64,000 nt of DNA from Kondoa subrosea (Eukaryota): positions 1,253,118-1,317,117 of the forward strand of contig BCIN01000002.1 in the NCBI GenBank assembly GCA_039545335.1, given 5' to 3'. Below the pieces are notes generated by a model, which saw only the letters and a program-made list of their open reading frames with translations, made no database searches and was not told the DNA's origin. The position numbers were made by a program, and so were the translations under genes. Positions 1-11,784 of the stretch are shown piece after piece; within the stretch, counting starts at the first letter, position 1, and each line of letters starts with the position of its first letter.

Positions 1-118
1 CTATTCCTTGCGTACATCGCTGGGCCCGTGTCCTTCTGCACAAAAGACTACTCTTGCCCTACATAGTCCAAAATAGCACCGTTTGTGCATAATACTGATT
101 GGACGGACTATGCTAAAC

Positions 119-1742
119 ATGTCCCAACTGCGTGAGCTTGATAGACTCCGATAGAATCCCTGAGCTTACCCTGTTCGATAAGCTCTCGAGATTACTCAGA
201 CGGTGATCGATATGTCAAGCGAATTAGAAGTGACGGACGAGGAATTAATGCGAATCAGACTGATGGAAACTATCTACGAGGCTGTCTCAGCCGCAGATTA
301 CCCTGATTGGTCCGTAAGCTTGCATCGGTGAAGTTGAACTGCTCAATCTAATCCACCCTTTCAGGTACACTGCGAAATACAAGCGACGTAATCAGACATA
401 CTGCCATATTACTTTAGTCTCGCAAGGCTTTCGTCGGATGGCCATCGAATCTTTTGTAAGTCGCAGCAATGCTTCTCTTGTGTGGTAGCTTAATTGACCA
501 GGATTCAGTGCCTGATATCGCCGTGCAATTTCAAATCATTCCTTCTCTACGTAGCTACTGCAACATCTTGTACAACACTCGGCCCGCCCATAGCCACATT
601 TCTAAAAGACTTAGACTTGAGGTTTTGCGCTACAACAAGGCCTGAAGTCTGGTTAGCTATGTACAACTTATCATCTCATGCGAAATCGCTGTCGACAATC
701 ACATTCAGTCAGCACGCTGGAGGAAACTTCTTCCATGAGGTCGATCTTGATCAACGGGAGTCTCAGCATAGCCCTGTGCTAAATCTCGCCCAATTATTCA
801 CCCGACTCTGCTCTATAAGGAACATTGATCTGACATTTGGCACTGATGCAATATGTCAAACCTTGCGGGCCATGAGCCAGCCCAAGCAATTGCATCTAAT
901 ACGGGATATTGGATCTTCAGATATCGATTTGCTCGCCCAAGTCTTCGAGGAGCGTCAAGAACTCACGCGAATAATTCCATCCTTATCAGCCTTGGTCGAT
1001 CTAAGCATTCTATACGACCGCGATAAACACGATAGCATTGTTCGATTGCTGAAGAGCCTGCCTTCGCTGAAAAGGTAATTCAATTTCTTCACAAGTTGCC
1101 GCAAAGCTGAAAACCAGCAAGGTTTTGGTCCGCAGCGGATGTAAGCGAAGAGGCAGATTTATCTAGAGCTCAGTATCGCCAGCTCCTTCAAGCCGTACCG
1201 CAATCACTCTGCGATCTGACGCTGCTGGTGAGAGTTGATGCTGGTTATACATACAAAGTGCAAGACTTTTCGGTTTGTACTTTTGAACCATGTACTATCC
1301 TCCGCTGACATTGATTTAGGGCTTACCAAATTTAAGCCGCATCGACCTACCTGCTGGAACATTCAGTCCTAATACCTTCGCTCAAATTTTCAAAGAGAGA
1401 TTTCTTGCGAAACTGGATACTATCATCCTGCGGCTGGAACTAGTCGCCTTTGGAGAGGATTCCTGGGTCACTGAACCAGTAATGTCAATTCGACGCGATC
1501 GACCGAAAATCTTAAGAGCAGCGCAAATTCTCTCTCAGCTCGAAGCTGCCAATCTGGTCGGCTTGATTGCAACTGTGGCTTCTGCTGTGAGGGATGGGAT
1601 TTGTTGTGTGGCGGCGTCACCCTACCAGGCCCATTCGATCTATGGGAAGAGATGCATACTCTGGCACCATACGCTACTTCACTCTCCTGCATCATTTTTG
1701 GTTACGAGGCTGCTTCTTTCTTCTTTGACGAGGAAGAATTGA
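119..1742 (+). CDS. F-box-like / RNI-LRR-like protein, family A copy 1 (multi-exon; native stop apparently lost at a junction near 1600)
   Basis: ATG at 119 plus manual splicing gives MSQLPLEITQTVI...HITLVSQGFRRMA (split F-box-like motif), then the LRR-like ORF 494-1078 and a C-terminal EPVMSIRRDRPKILRAA. Clear similarity to the ORFs at 1601-2614 and 16796-18203. Confidence 0.65.
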
Positions 1743-2614
1743 GCAAGAGATCGCATCAGCGCACACTTGCGCAGAATCTGGGCCAGATGTTTCCCAAACT
1801 CTCTTCTCTGCTAGAGTTGCATGCGACATCTTGTGATTCAGCCATAAACGGAACGCTGCGAAGTATGGCCTCTCACAAAAGCCTGTCCTATCATCGGACA
1901 CCCGAATCGGGCCATATGCACTGGCTCAGGGAACTCTTCGAGGACAGACGTAAGCTGGATCAGTTCCTACCAGCATCAATGCAACACTTGTCCGATCTTC
2001 AGATCTGCTACACGCGCGTGGAGTCGACTGCGCTAGTGAGGCTGGTAGGTAGCCTGCCAATGTTGACAAGGTAATTCGTACGCTGTCTGAGTCAGCCAAT
2101 GCTAATGTGTGTCTGGCAGATTCTGGACTACACACAAGGCTGATACAGAAGGAAGCTTAGACGAGAGCGCATTCAATTCTTTATTGGAAGCAATACCGGA
2201 TCGCATGCAGAATCTGTCGCTCATTCTTACGGTAGAGGACGATACGGAGGTCAACCAGAAACCATTCACTGTTTGTCGCTTAGCATTTACTCTGCGATGA
2301 TGTTCTGACACAACCTGCATTAGCGGCTCAAGTATCTAGAAAAGGTGGACCTTCCAGCTGTGTCTATAAGCCAAGAGACGTTCGCTCGTATCGCAAACGA
2401 GACATCTCTGCCTCGCCTTACAAGCATGTTATTGCGTCCGTTCGGATGTGACTTCAGCGAGAAATACGATATAGCGCAGCCCGTCCTCTCCTTCTACAAT
2501 GATCGACCGAAGCTCTTACAGGCGATGAATATCATATCACAACTGCCTCACGAACAGATCAATCATTCGCTGTCTACGGTAGCTGCAATTGTCAAGAGTG
2601 GTTCAGCGACGTAG
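1598..2614 (+). pseudogene. 5'-truncated F-box-like/RNI-like paralog, family A copy 2
   Basis: ORFs 1601-2074, 2109-2300 and 2345-2614 align colinearly with copy 1 (LVRLVGSLPMLTR vs IVRLLKSLPSLKR with the same intron after it; PVLSFYNDRPKLLQA). There is no N-terminal F-box part and no promoter space upstream. Confidence 0.6.
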
Positions 2615-2873
2615 TTTTCGGGTCGGAATCGAGCTTGTAGGCCAGGGAAGTGAAGCCTACTTCTATGCAATGGAATGAAGGACACTGGAAGTGAAGGTAT
2701 ACAATCAAGCTGCACGGTGTCGAAGGTAAGACTTATTCACCCCCTGGGAACCCATTCGATTGCACGTGTGAGTTGTTATCATAGGCGCACGAGCTGTGAT
2801 CATGCACACATGAGTGGTGGATAGTATGAATGATGGGTAATAATGCTAAATACATGCAGTTTATGTGTCTATA

Positions 2874-4323
2874 CTACCGCCTGGGCACAGTCAACTGCAT
2901 TAGGTCGTAGGCAGCTACAGCTTTCCCGCCGCCCCAGGAGTCGCTCGCTTTTCGTTCTATTCCTTGTATCGCTTTCGTCGCATAGTCTTTGTCATACGCT
3001 GTTCTCGGATCTGAATACCTCGAAGAAAGATGGTTGAGCGCCAGCATTAAAGCAGAGGTTTGTTTCGCGAAATCGCCAGCGACCTGTTTGCAGTCAATAT
3101 AATACAGTTGAAAGGATCTCGCCAGACTCACTTCAGGCGTCGAATGCCCTCTTGAGGCGCTCCTTTCTCGCACAATTTCCAAAGTATCGTCTTTCTTCTC
3201 CTTGAGATCAGGTAAGAAAGCGTTCGTTGATTCATGTACTACTAGATCTGAATTCATTGCTAGCGGAATCATCTTCGTTGCGTCATAGGTATCGCCTAGT
3301 ATTGTAATTTTCCGCTGCACAGAACATCAGAACAGCTAGAATCTTCAGCGAGCGTACTCACACCAGGTCTTGATAGAGCTGGAGGTTCCAACACTGTTCC
3401 ATCAGGTAGATGAACCGTTTGCCTATCCCTCTGTAATTTGGACAACAGCTTCATCGGATTCTTTTCTCCTTGCGCTTTCAAAGCATCACTATTCCTCTTG
3501 ACTGCTTCTATAGTAGCTTCAGATATTCTATCCGGACTATCCGCTTCTTGTATCACATAACCCAAACAAGGTATAGTATGTAAGATCGGACCAGCTTTAA
3601 CAGTGAAATCTTTGCTTGTGAAAACAGTCCAATAACCATCTTCTGCTTGATCTATATCTTTTGAACCTTCTGCTTCGTTTAATGCTGGAGAAGTAGTGTA
3701 AAGGGTTGAAGCATCGTCGGGAAATAATAGTTCATGAACTCGGAATCGTTTGCCTGGTCGACAGTACGATAGGCGAAGCATTGTTCGAACTAGTTCTCGA
3801 ACGCCTGATGGTCCGTATATATCGATCACCTGTTCATAAGGTAAGAAGAGGAGACTGGTCATTGAAAACGGATAGCTCACTTCAGTCGAATCTTCCTTGA
3901 CCGTTTCGCCTAGCGAAGAAAGTAAAGGGACAAGACCATAGACATGATCTCCGTGCATGTGAGTGATGAAGATCTTTGTTATTGCTCCTGTGTCGTATGT
4001 CGAACATTAGCTGGCTTCCATGCTCCTGGGAGACTTCACTGACCAGCTTTGAGACTCGATCGCCTGAAAGTAGGACAGATCTCAACAACGCCCTTCTAAC
4101 GATCGATACGGACACCCACATAAGCTGATGCTGGGTTGCTTCCTGTTTATAAAAAATCAGTATTGTTTTGGATCTGCACCACTTGGAACGCAAACGAGCT
4201 CACTCCACAGTCAAAGATCCAAATCTCTCCATCCAATCTCAAAGCTATAGAAGACACATTGCGATCCAGCGAAGGTTTCCCAGCACTTGTACCGAGAAAT
4301 GTCAAATCCACGGAAGATGCCAT
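2874..4323 (-). CDS. Short-form tRNase Z (ELAC1/RNase BN-like metallo-beta-lactamase)
   Basis: [47 protein letters not shown] metal motif, [28 protein letters not shown] and terminal AYDL; multi-exon. Confidence 0.92.
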
Positions 4324-4470
4324 TGATCTACTGCCTGCGATCTTTGGTGCCCTTCGTGGATATGCCTGTGTCTTAGTCGTGCAATGGTTCGCCAGCAGTA
4401 AGCGTGGCAACACACGTCGCATAAGGTCGACCAAACAATGATGGCATTGTTTCCATGTTGAACACAAACG

Positions 4471-5606
4471 ATGACATCTCGAGTTGCCGCGGTTACTGGT
4501 GCGAATAAGGGCGTGGGACTAGCTATTGTTCGACAATTAGCTCTGCAATACCCTTCCTCAAGCTTCAATACTGGTCCATTACTCATTTACCTATTATCAC
4601 GCGATCAAGCAAGAGGAGAAGCAGCTTTGCAACAATTGCAATCGGATACTCAATTGAAGAAAGCTAAAGCTCTTGCTGTCGATGGTGGATTGACAACCAT
4701 TCAACTCAAACTATTGGACATCGGTGACAAGCAATCCATCGATCAGTTTGCAGATTACTTGAAGGAGCATCATGGACAAATTGACGCCCTTATTAATAAT
4801 GCTGGAATTGCTATGAATGGATTCGATAACAATGTGGTAAAGGAGACTTTACATTGTAACTATTAGTAAGCAATATCATCTTTTGCTATTACTATTTGAT
4901 TGAGTGATGCCCCACAGTGGTACATTGGAAGCTACTGAACGGATCTTGCCTTTGATCAAGGATGGTGGCAGGCTAGTCAATGTGGCTTCTAGTCAGTCCT
5001 TCTGAACAACAATAGCTTGATGTAACCTCAACCCTTTTCCTTTAGTGGCTGGGAAACTTCGAAAATACTCACCAGAAATCCGTCAAAGATTCTTATCCGT
5101 TCAATCAGTTTCCGATGCTACCAAGCTAATGGAAGATTTCACTGAAGATGTCAAAGCTGGTAAAGAGAAGGAGAAAGGTTGGCCTAGCGCTGCTTATGCA
5201 GTCAGTAAAGCTGGTGTCATCGCTATGACGAAAGCTGTTGCTGCTCAAGAGAAAGCTAAAGGATCGAAGGTGTTGATCAAGTGAGTTCATACTCTGTTCA
5301 TATGCTTCGTGACGAGGTGTTGGGGCTGACGAGATTGGGACAGTGCTTGTTGTCCTGGCTAGTAAGTCTACTAGGTCTTGCATCGACTATCTACTAATCT
5401 TTTCTTAGCGTTCAAACCGATATGAGTAAGTCTTTAGGCCAGTCTTTCATATTCTTCGCTGACGCGATGCGGTGGCAGCTCGTGGTGGTGGTCCGAAAAC
5501 ACCAGACGAAGGAGCTCAAACGCCAGTCATGCTAGCCATCGGGGATATCAATGGTGAAACAGGCGAGTTCTGGCAGAGCGAGAAACATCTCGAATGGGAT
5601 GCTTAA
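4471..5606 (+). CDS. Carbonyl reductase-like short-chain dehydrogenase/reductase (CBR1-like)
   Basis: VTGANKGVG Rossmann motif, [20 protein letters not shown] (YxxxK), [18 protein letters not shown]; stop at 5604-5606. Confidence 0.92.
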
Positions 5607-5729
5607 GCTATCCGCATGGAGTTATGATATGTTAAAATACAATACATGCGTGCTAGATGAAAGCTCAACGCAGACTAGCTAAATCCGTTCTCTCGAGCTT
5701 CTGCAATTTGCTTACCAATTGCTTTTGGA

Positions 5730-6385
5730 ATGGAACTGCGATATGATGATATCGCACCTACACGCTCGCAAGTCGTGACGTATGAAGAGCTCAAGCAGCT
5801 CACGAAGTCTGCTTCGAATGTGTGTGCTCTTTAGCTGCAACGTCCTGAATCTGAACATTGAAAATAGGATGTGTTGATTTTGGGTCAGCAGGCTCGACGT
5901 CAGCTATCTGTACAGTCTAACACCTCGAATAGATGTCAGAGAAGTAGAGGAGATACTGGAAGCTGGTGCTATACCTACAGCAAAGACTCTGTACGTTATT
6001 ACATGTCCCATGAGCAAAGTGACTAAATTACTCTGAAGACCGCTATCCAGGCTGGACTCTGCTCTAAATCTTTCTGGACCGAATTTCTTTCGTATTTATG
6101 GTTACGCAAAACCGAAAGTAGAGCAAGAAATCATCTTGACTTGCAGAAGTGGTCGAAGAAGTGGTTTGGCTTTGATCACGCTTAATGCTGCTGGGTATAC
6201 GAAGTGAGCTGCTTCTTGCGACGTTTGCTTGAAGTCAATATTGATGTGAAAACACAGCATTCGAAATTACAAAGGAAGCTGGATTGTGCGTTATTGAAGA
6301 AAAGCCCGATGCGATTCCTTTTGACAATGTTTCTTGCTTATAGGAATGGTCAGCTCGCGAAGCAGCCTTGGTGAATGCCAAGTAA
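5730..6385 (+). CDS. Single-domain rhodanese / thiosulfate sulfurtransferase (no evident presequence)
   Basis: Manual splicing gives VTYEELKQLT, DVREVEE, GAIPTA, IILTCRSGRRS catalytic loop, AGY, NYKGSW..EW. Absent from the ORF track because the exons are short. Confidence 0.85.
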
Positions 6386-6738
6386 AAGGCTGTCGATGTC
6401 ATTGTATCGCCGGTAACTGGCAAAGGGGTTATACCAAGTCGCCTTACGACAAGAGAACAAGTATGTAGGTCTAGCTCCATCCTTTCACGATACTTGGCTC
6501 TTACAGTCGAAAAATCTAGGTATTAGATCTTCGCATCAATATTGCAAGCTAGATTAGAATCAATACGACCCTTGCTTTTGCCCTCATTTCTGAGAACGGT
6601 GCCCTTCTCTTTCATCATGATGGTTCAACTGCGGCGGAACTCCCTCTGATACACCTCCGGGCGAAGAACGATACGATAACAAACGATGCATTGAAACAGC
6701 TTTATACAGTTCGATAACATCTCCAAAACCTTTGACCT

Positions 6739-9308
6739 TTACTCTTTGTTAACCTCTGCCCTTTCGCCTGAAGGAGATACTCTAGCTTGTGAAAACTTCC
6801 GAGCAGAAGTACCGGCAGCGAAGAGAAGATCGATCTCCTTGAATGTCAGACCTGGATCGCAGTGCTTAGCTAGCTTAATCGAGCAGAGAGAACGGAAACT
6901 ATACCTTTGTATTCTGGCAGTCTGAAGAATGCCCAGACGATGCACAATCTGCAGCAATCAGGAGCATGAGCGAATAAGACATTTGCTATGGGAGAGACTC
7001 TTCTTACGCTGTTGCCCCTGCCCAGAAGAGAGCCGCTTTAGCGCCCCAATCTAATAGTTGCTGCAATGAGAACCGCCAGACAACGTGTACGGCAGACTTA
7101 CTCCATGCTAATAAAACAGCATCAGCAACGGATCAGCAAATTAGCGGAAGCGACTCACCTGTAGCATTCAACATGTATGGACTGATCACTCCAGTCCAGA
7201 TACATCTGCATGCAACAGAATAAGTATGCCATTTCTTGTTGCATTTTCACAAACTTACGTGATATTATATGCATTGCGAGCCAGTACGGTGGTCTTGGTC
7301 CTCAATCGACTGGAAGGACTTTCAGAAACAATGACCTGAAGCGCAGCCAGTCAGATTATTTGCGTCTGTGGTTGAAGAATTTGAGCGAAACAAACATATG
7401 TCAAAGGCCCAATGGTCGAATCGTATCTATATGATAGTCAGATCAACTATAAGCGTGACAACAAGATGCTTACATGAAGGTGTAGACAAGCAAAAGCGCT
7501 CCAATAGCCCAAGAAGCACCAGTGTTCGACATGGGAGCAATACCGACTAATCCAGTAACGAGAAGAGTAACGAAACAGCCTATCAGACCGCCGAGGTAGA
7601 TTGTTCGTCGACCAAATCGGTTGATCATTGGCCAAGAGAGGACCGTTCCAACAAAAGCAATAGCATAAAGACCCAAATTCATATTGAAAGCTTGATTGCT
7701 GTTGAGACCGGCTTGAACGAAGAAGAATACGGAGTACTGCACTACACCTCAGCCAGAGATTAATGCGATTGGGACAATACTAGACTAACGGTCTGGAGCA
7801 CTGCAAGAGGATCAATCAAAGCGTCGAGCGACGAGACAAAAAGAAACTAACCTGGACCACACATCTGTTGAGCGACCCAAGTGACCACAGCGATCTCACT
7901 TCAGGACTCGGCTTCAGCGATACTTCACGCACAAGAAAGTCTTAACTCACGTTCTGCGTAGATTAGTACCTCTGAAGCATTCTGCGTAGGTGACGTTGTT
8001 GGTGAGCTCCATTTCGATAGCATTGGTCTCGACAAGTAAGGCAACAACTTGAGAAGGTTTAGCGATCTCTGCTCCAGCATCTGGGTTCTGTAATCTTCGA
8101 ACAGCGTTTTCTGCTTGCTCAATTCTGCCTTTCTTGACCACTAGAACATATTATCAGATTCAAGGTTTGAAAACACAGGAAGAAGACATACACCAGGCTG
8201 GACTGTCCGGGCAGAAGATGCAGACCAAGATAATAGGAATCGGCCAAGCCCATTGGATCATGTAAGGAATCTGCCAGCCTAGCATCGAGTCAATTAGCGA
8301 GCTCTAGAGCAAGTCTCGACATGGCTCACCCAAAGCATCCTCTCGACTTTGGAAAGCTACCAAGACACCACTGGCGATGAATTGACCAATAACCCAGCAT
8401 CTGTATAGCGATAAGCGATACACACATGAGTAGAGTAGGACTTGCTTACAGATTGACGTAACTAGTCAAATAACCTCGCAAATGAGTCGGAAGAACTTCG
8501 CTTGCGTAAACCACAGTGAGAGTTTGGTAGACACCTAATGACAAATGATCTTAGATACAGAGAATGCTGCATCAATAGAATAATCTTACCCCATGGCTGT
8601 CCGAAGCGGTCAGATAACATATCGCGAAAAGATGGGGTCACTCACAATACCGCATAGAATCTGACCGACCAATTGCAGTGGCAGAGTTTTACCGACTACA
8701 TAGAGAAGAGCATTCCTTAGACTTGTGACTGACACGCCAATATAAAAAAGGAACTTACAGACGCTGATGAAGATGAAACCGATCATCATGACTGTAGCGA
8801 AACCCATTGTTTTCTTGTTCCCGTAGCTAGTCGCTGCGTAAGTATGAAGCGAAACGATGGCGAGCCTGGACTACTTACAGATCACAAATATAACCTGCTG
8901 CTGCCAAACCCAAGATTTCTCCGATGTAAGCACCATTAGTGATCGCTGATTGCCACGGTGCTGAGATTGAAGAAGCGCCATCTAGAGCTTGATCATGGAA
9001 AGTATTGATGAAAGAGGGGAAAGCAAGGAAAGATCCAATCTGCGCAAAGCATAAGTCTGGGGATAGGGAGCGAAGGGTAATGTCCGGACAAGGATTGTAT
9101 CGTATCCTTCCATAATGACTGCTGCTGAGAGCAATAGGGACCATATCACTGCTTTCCGATAGCTTTTTAGACCTTGCCAAACAGGCATGCCATGTTCCTT
9201 CGCATTGGCGACATGAGCCTCGTTCAATAGAGTTGCATCCAAGCCAGTTTCATAGTGGCTGACTACCGCACCACCTTCTTTGTATTCTGTCTTTTCCATA
9301 TTAGACAT
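6739..9308 (-). CDS. MFS sugar porter, maltose/alpha-glucoside permease-like
   Basis: AVIWSLLLSAAVIMEGYDT, ISAPWQSAITNG, TYAECFRGTNLRRT, RFGRRTIYL, PSSRLRTKTTVLAR, TFKEIDLLF; many introns. Confidence 0.93.
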
Positions 9309-9941
9309 GTTTTGACTGAACGAGGTGAAGAGCGACTGAGAGAAAGAATTTGGGACACGATCGTGCGCCCCGCAGGCGAAAATAGATATCTCCAGACTCA
9401 GCGTCACCGCGATAAGGAGATAAAGAAGAGTCAGGGTCATGTGCAGCATGAAGCCGAATCTGCAAGTCTGCGCATCTCGCGTGGTCTGCATGTGTTGATC
9501 TCGCACGAGCACCCTGCAAGAAGGAATAGATATCGGAGAAGACTCGCTCGAAACCGTCATTCAAATGCTGGAGCACGAGATCATGGCAGATTACAGTAGC
9601 TATGTAAGCACTGCAATGGAATGCAGGAAAGGCTTCGAAATGATTGACATGACTCTCTGCTGCAGCTCTGTCGAAACCTCAGAGCAACAGACTGTATCAT
9701 GAGAAAAGAAAAGGCGTCTGAAGCTTTCAAATTTTTGAAATTCATGCTCGGGCTTTCTTCCTCATGCCTAATTCAAGCACCTTCCCTCAACTGACTGCCA
9801 GCTATAGCAGCGACAGCAGCGGCTTCTCCAATTTTTGGTAAGACCGATCGCTGAACGTTCCCCCTTTGTGCTATTCGGCGATTTACTCGCTTGCTATGCT
9901 TTTTCTTTCTTCTCTTCATTCCTCTCACCATCGTAGCAAAC

Positions 9942-10673
9942 ATGTCAATCAAACCAGAACTCTCTTACCATTTGATCGAAGCTTCCCAGGACACCGCTCG
10001 TCGTCTTCATAATGTCCTCGAAAGCTACGTCTTGAACCCCGGATCTACTGGTACTGGCCGCTTCACCATCAAAACGTGGAGAGAAATCCTCGTTGCAGCC
10101 AATGTCACGCTTGCCGACTTTCAAGACTGGGGTTCAAGAATCCCTTTCATCGTTGAAGGTCATATCGTCATCATTGCTATGGATGCTCAAGGCTATGTCC
10201 ATGCTTACGCCTATATCAAGCCCTATCAAGCTTCATCGGGCGGTTATCTTTACGTTGATTACTTGTCTCTTCATCCTCACGCTGAAGGCTACGGCTATGG
10301 TCCTAAACTCCGTGACGAATTCAAGCAACTCGCAATCCATTGGCGACTTGAACATATCATTGTTTTCGTCATCGATGTCAGAAAAGGTCAAGCTGGACCT
10401 GGCCAACAACAAGCCAGAAAGCCTTACGACGAATTCTGGACCAAGGCTGGTTATGCTTCTGAACATAAACCGGCTAATCGACCAGAGTTTGATCATTGCG
10501 ATCATACTTATCGTTTCCTTCCGGTCGACGTGAAGCAAGGAGTTCAGCGTGAGCAGATCGCACTGTTTCTGACAACGTCTTGCTCACAATGCTTTTCCAG
10601 TACTGCCTTACAAGCCTATTCCTCAGACTCTGGGTGGTCATTCACCTAAACCCAGCTTTGGATGGTAGCTTGA
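9942..10673 (+). CDS. GNAT-family acetyltransferase-like protein (3' end uncertain, 10649 or 10673)
   Basis: YLYVDYLSLHPHAEGYGYGPKL resembles GNAT motif A (acetyl-CoA binding); FWTKAGY resembles motif B. Confidence 0.7.
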
Positions 10674-10811
10674 AGGCTATTAAGCTTTAGTACAGCAACC
10701 TTTATGATTGTTCTCTTGTGCTTCATAGCAGTAGCATTGCAATTCCTCATACATGACGAAACTGTGATCCTCGACATTTGCAAGCACGATGCACCCTTTG
10801 ACCATTCAACC

Positions 10812-11690
10812 ATGAAGTTCGCTACAACTCTACGTCAGACAGCTAGACTCGCTACAGTCGCAGCAACGAGACCTCTACCTCGTCAATCTTTGCGAGCGCT
10901 TCCCGTTCAATCTCTTCGAGCTTTCTCGAGTTCGCCATCTGCTTGGAAATCAGCTACAATCACTTATGAAGAGCTCAAACCTATCACAAACTCACCTTCG
11001 GATGTGAGTCCTGACTCTTCGCATTCCCTGGATCAGAGCTGATCTGTCCGTGTGCAAGAATGTCTTGATTATCGGTATGACCACATCTCACATCCTGCCA
11101 CTTCAGCAATAGCTGATCTGCCTGTCTTAGATGTTCGAGAGCCAGCAGAAGTGATGCAAGGTTCTATTCCATCATCAGTCAACGTGTAAGTGCTATATAC
11201 CATTGACGCAATCTGTTTTTCACTTTCCCGATTCTCAGACCTCTGTCTTCCCTCGATAAAGCTCTAAGCATGGATGAAGGCGATTTCACTCGCGCTTATG
11301 GATTCAGGAAACCTTCCAAATCAACAACCATCATCACTTCATGCAAGACTGGTCAACGGAGTCAAACTGCTTTAGAAGCCCTTAACAAAGCTGGTTACAA
11401 GGAGTGAGCGACTAATTATATCTGGTTCTACGACGGATCTGAATCTGGTGCTTTCAGCGTGAGGAACTATTCTGGTAGCTGGACAGTGAGTTCTATTGGC
11501 CAGATTTGAGACTCGTCTCATATACTACTGAACCAGGAATGGGCCAAGAAAGAGAAGAAGAACCCTGATGCTACCTTCATCTCAGATGATAAGCAAGGTT
11601 CAGGTGCAGCTGGAGCAGATGGATACGGAAACGTTTGTCTCCTCCATCTTTTCTGATTGCCAGAGCGCTCATGTTAGTGTGCAGAACTGA
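10812..11690 (+). CDS. Mitochondrial-type rhodanese domain protein (RDL2-like)
   Basis: Arg/Ala/Ser-rich presequence MKFATTLRQTARL...RAFSSS, then TITYEELKP, DVREPAEV.QGSIPSSVN, SCKTGQRS loop, RNYSGSW..EW. 3' end approximate. Confidence 0.88.
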
Positions 11691-11784
11691 TGTCTGGGAA
11701 ATAATGCCGCAATGCAAAGAACATAGCATTGCGAATGCATCGAATGTACAAATTTTTGCCCTTTCAAAACCCCAATGAGCGTTA

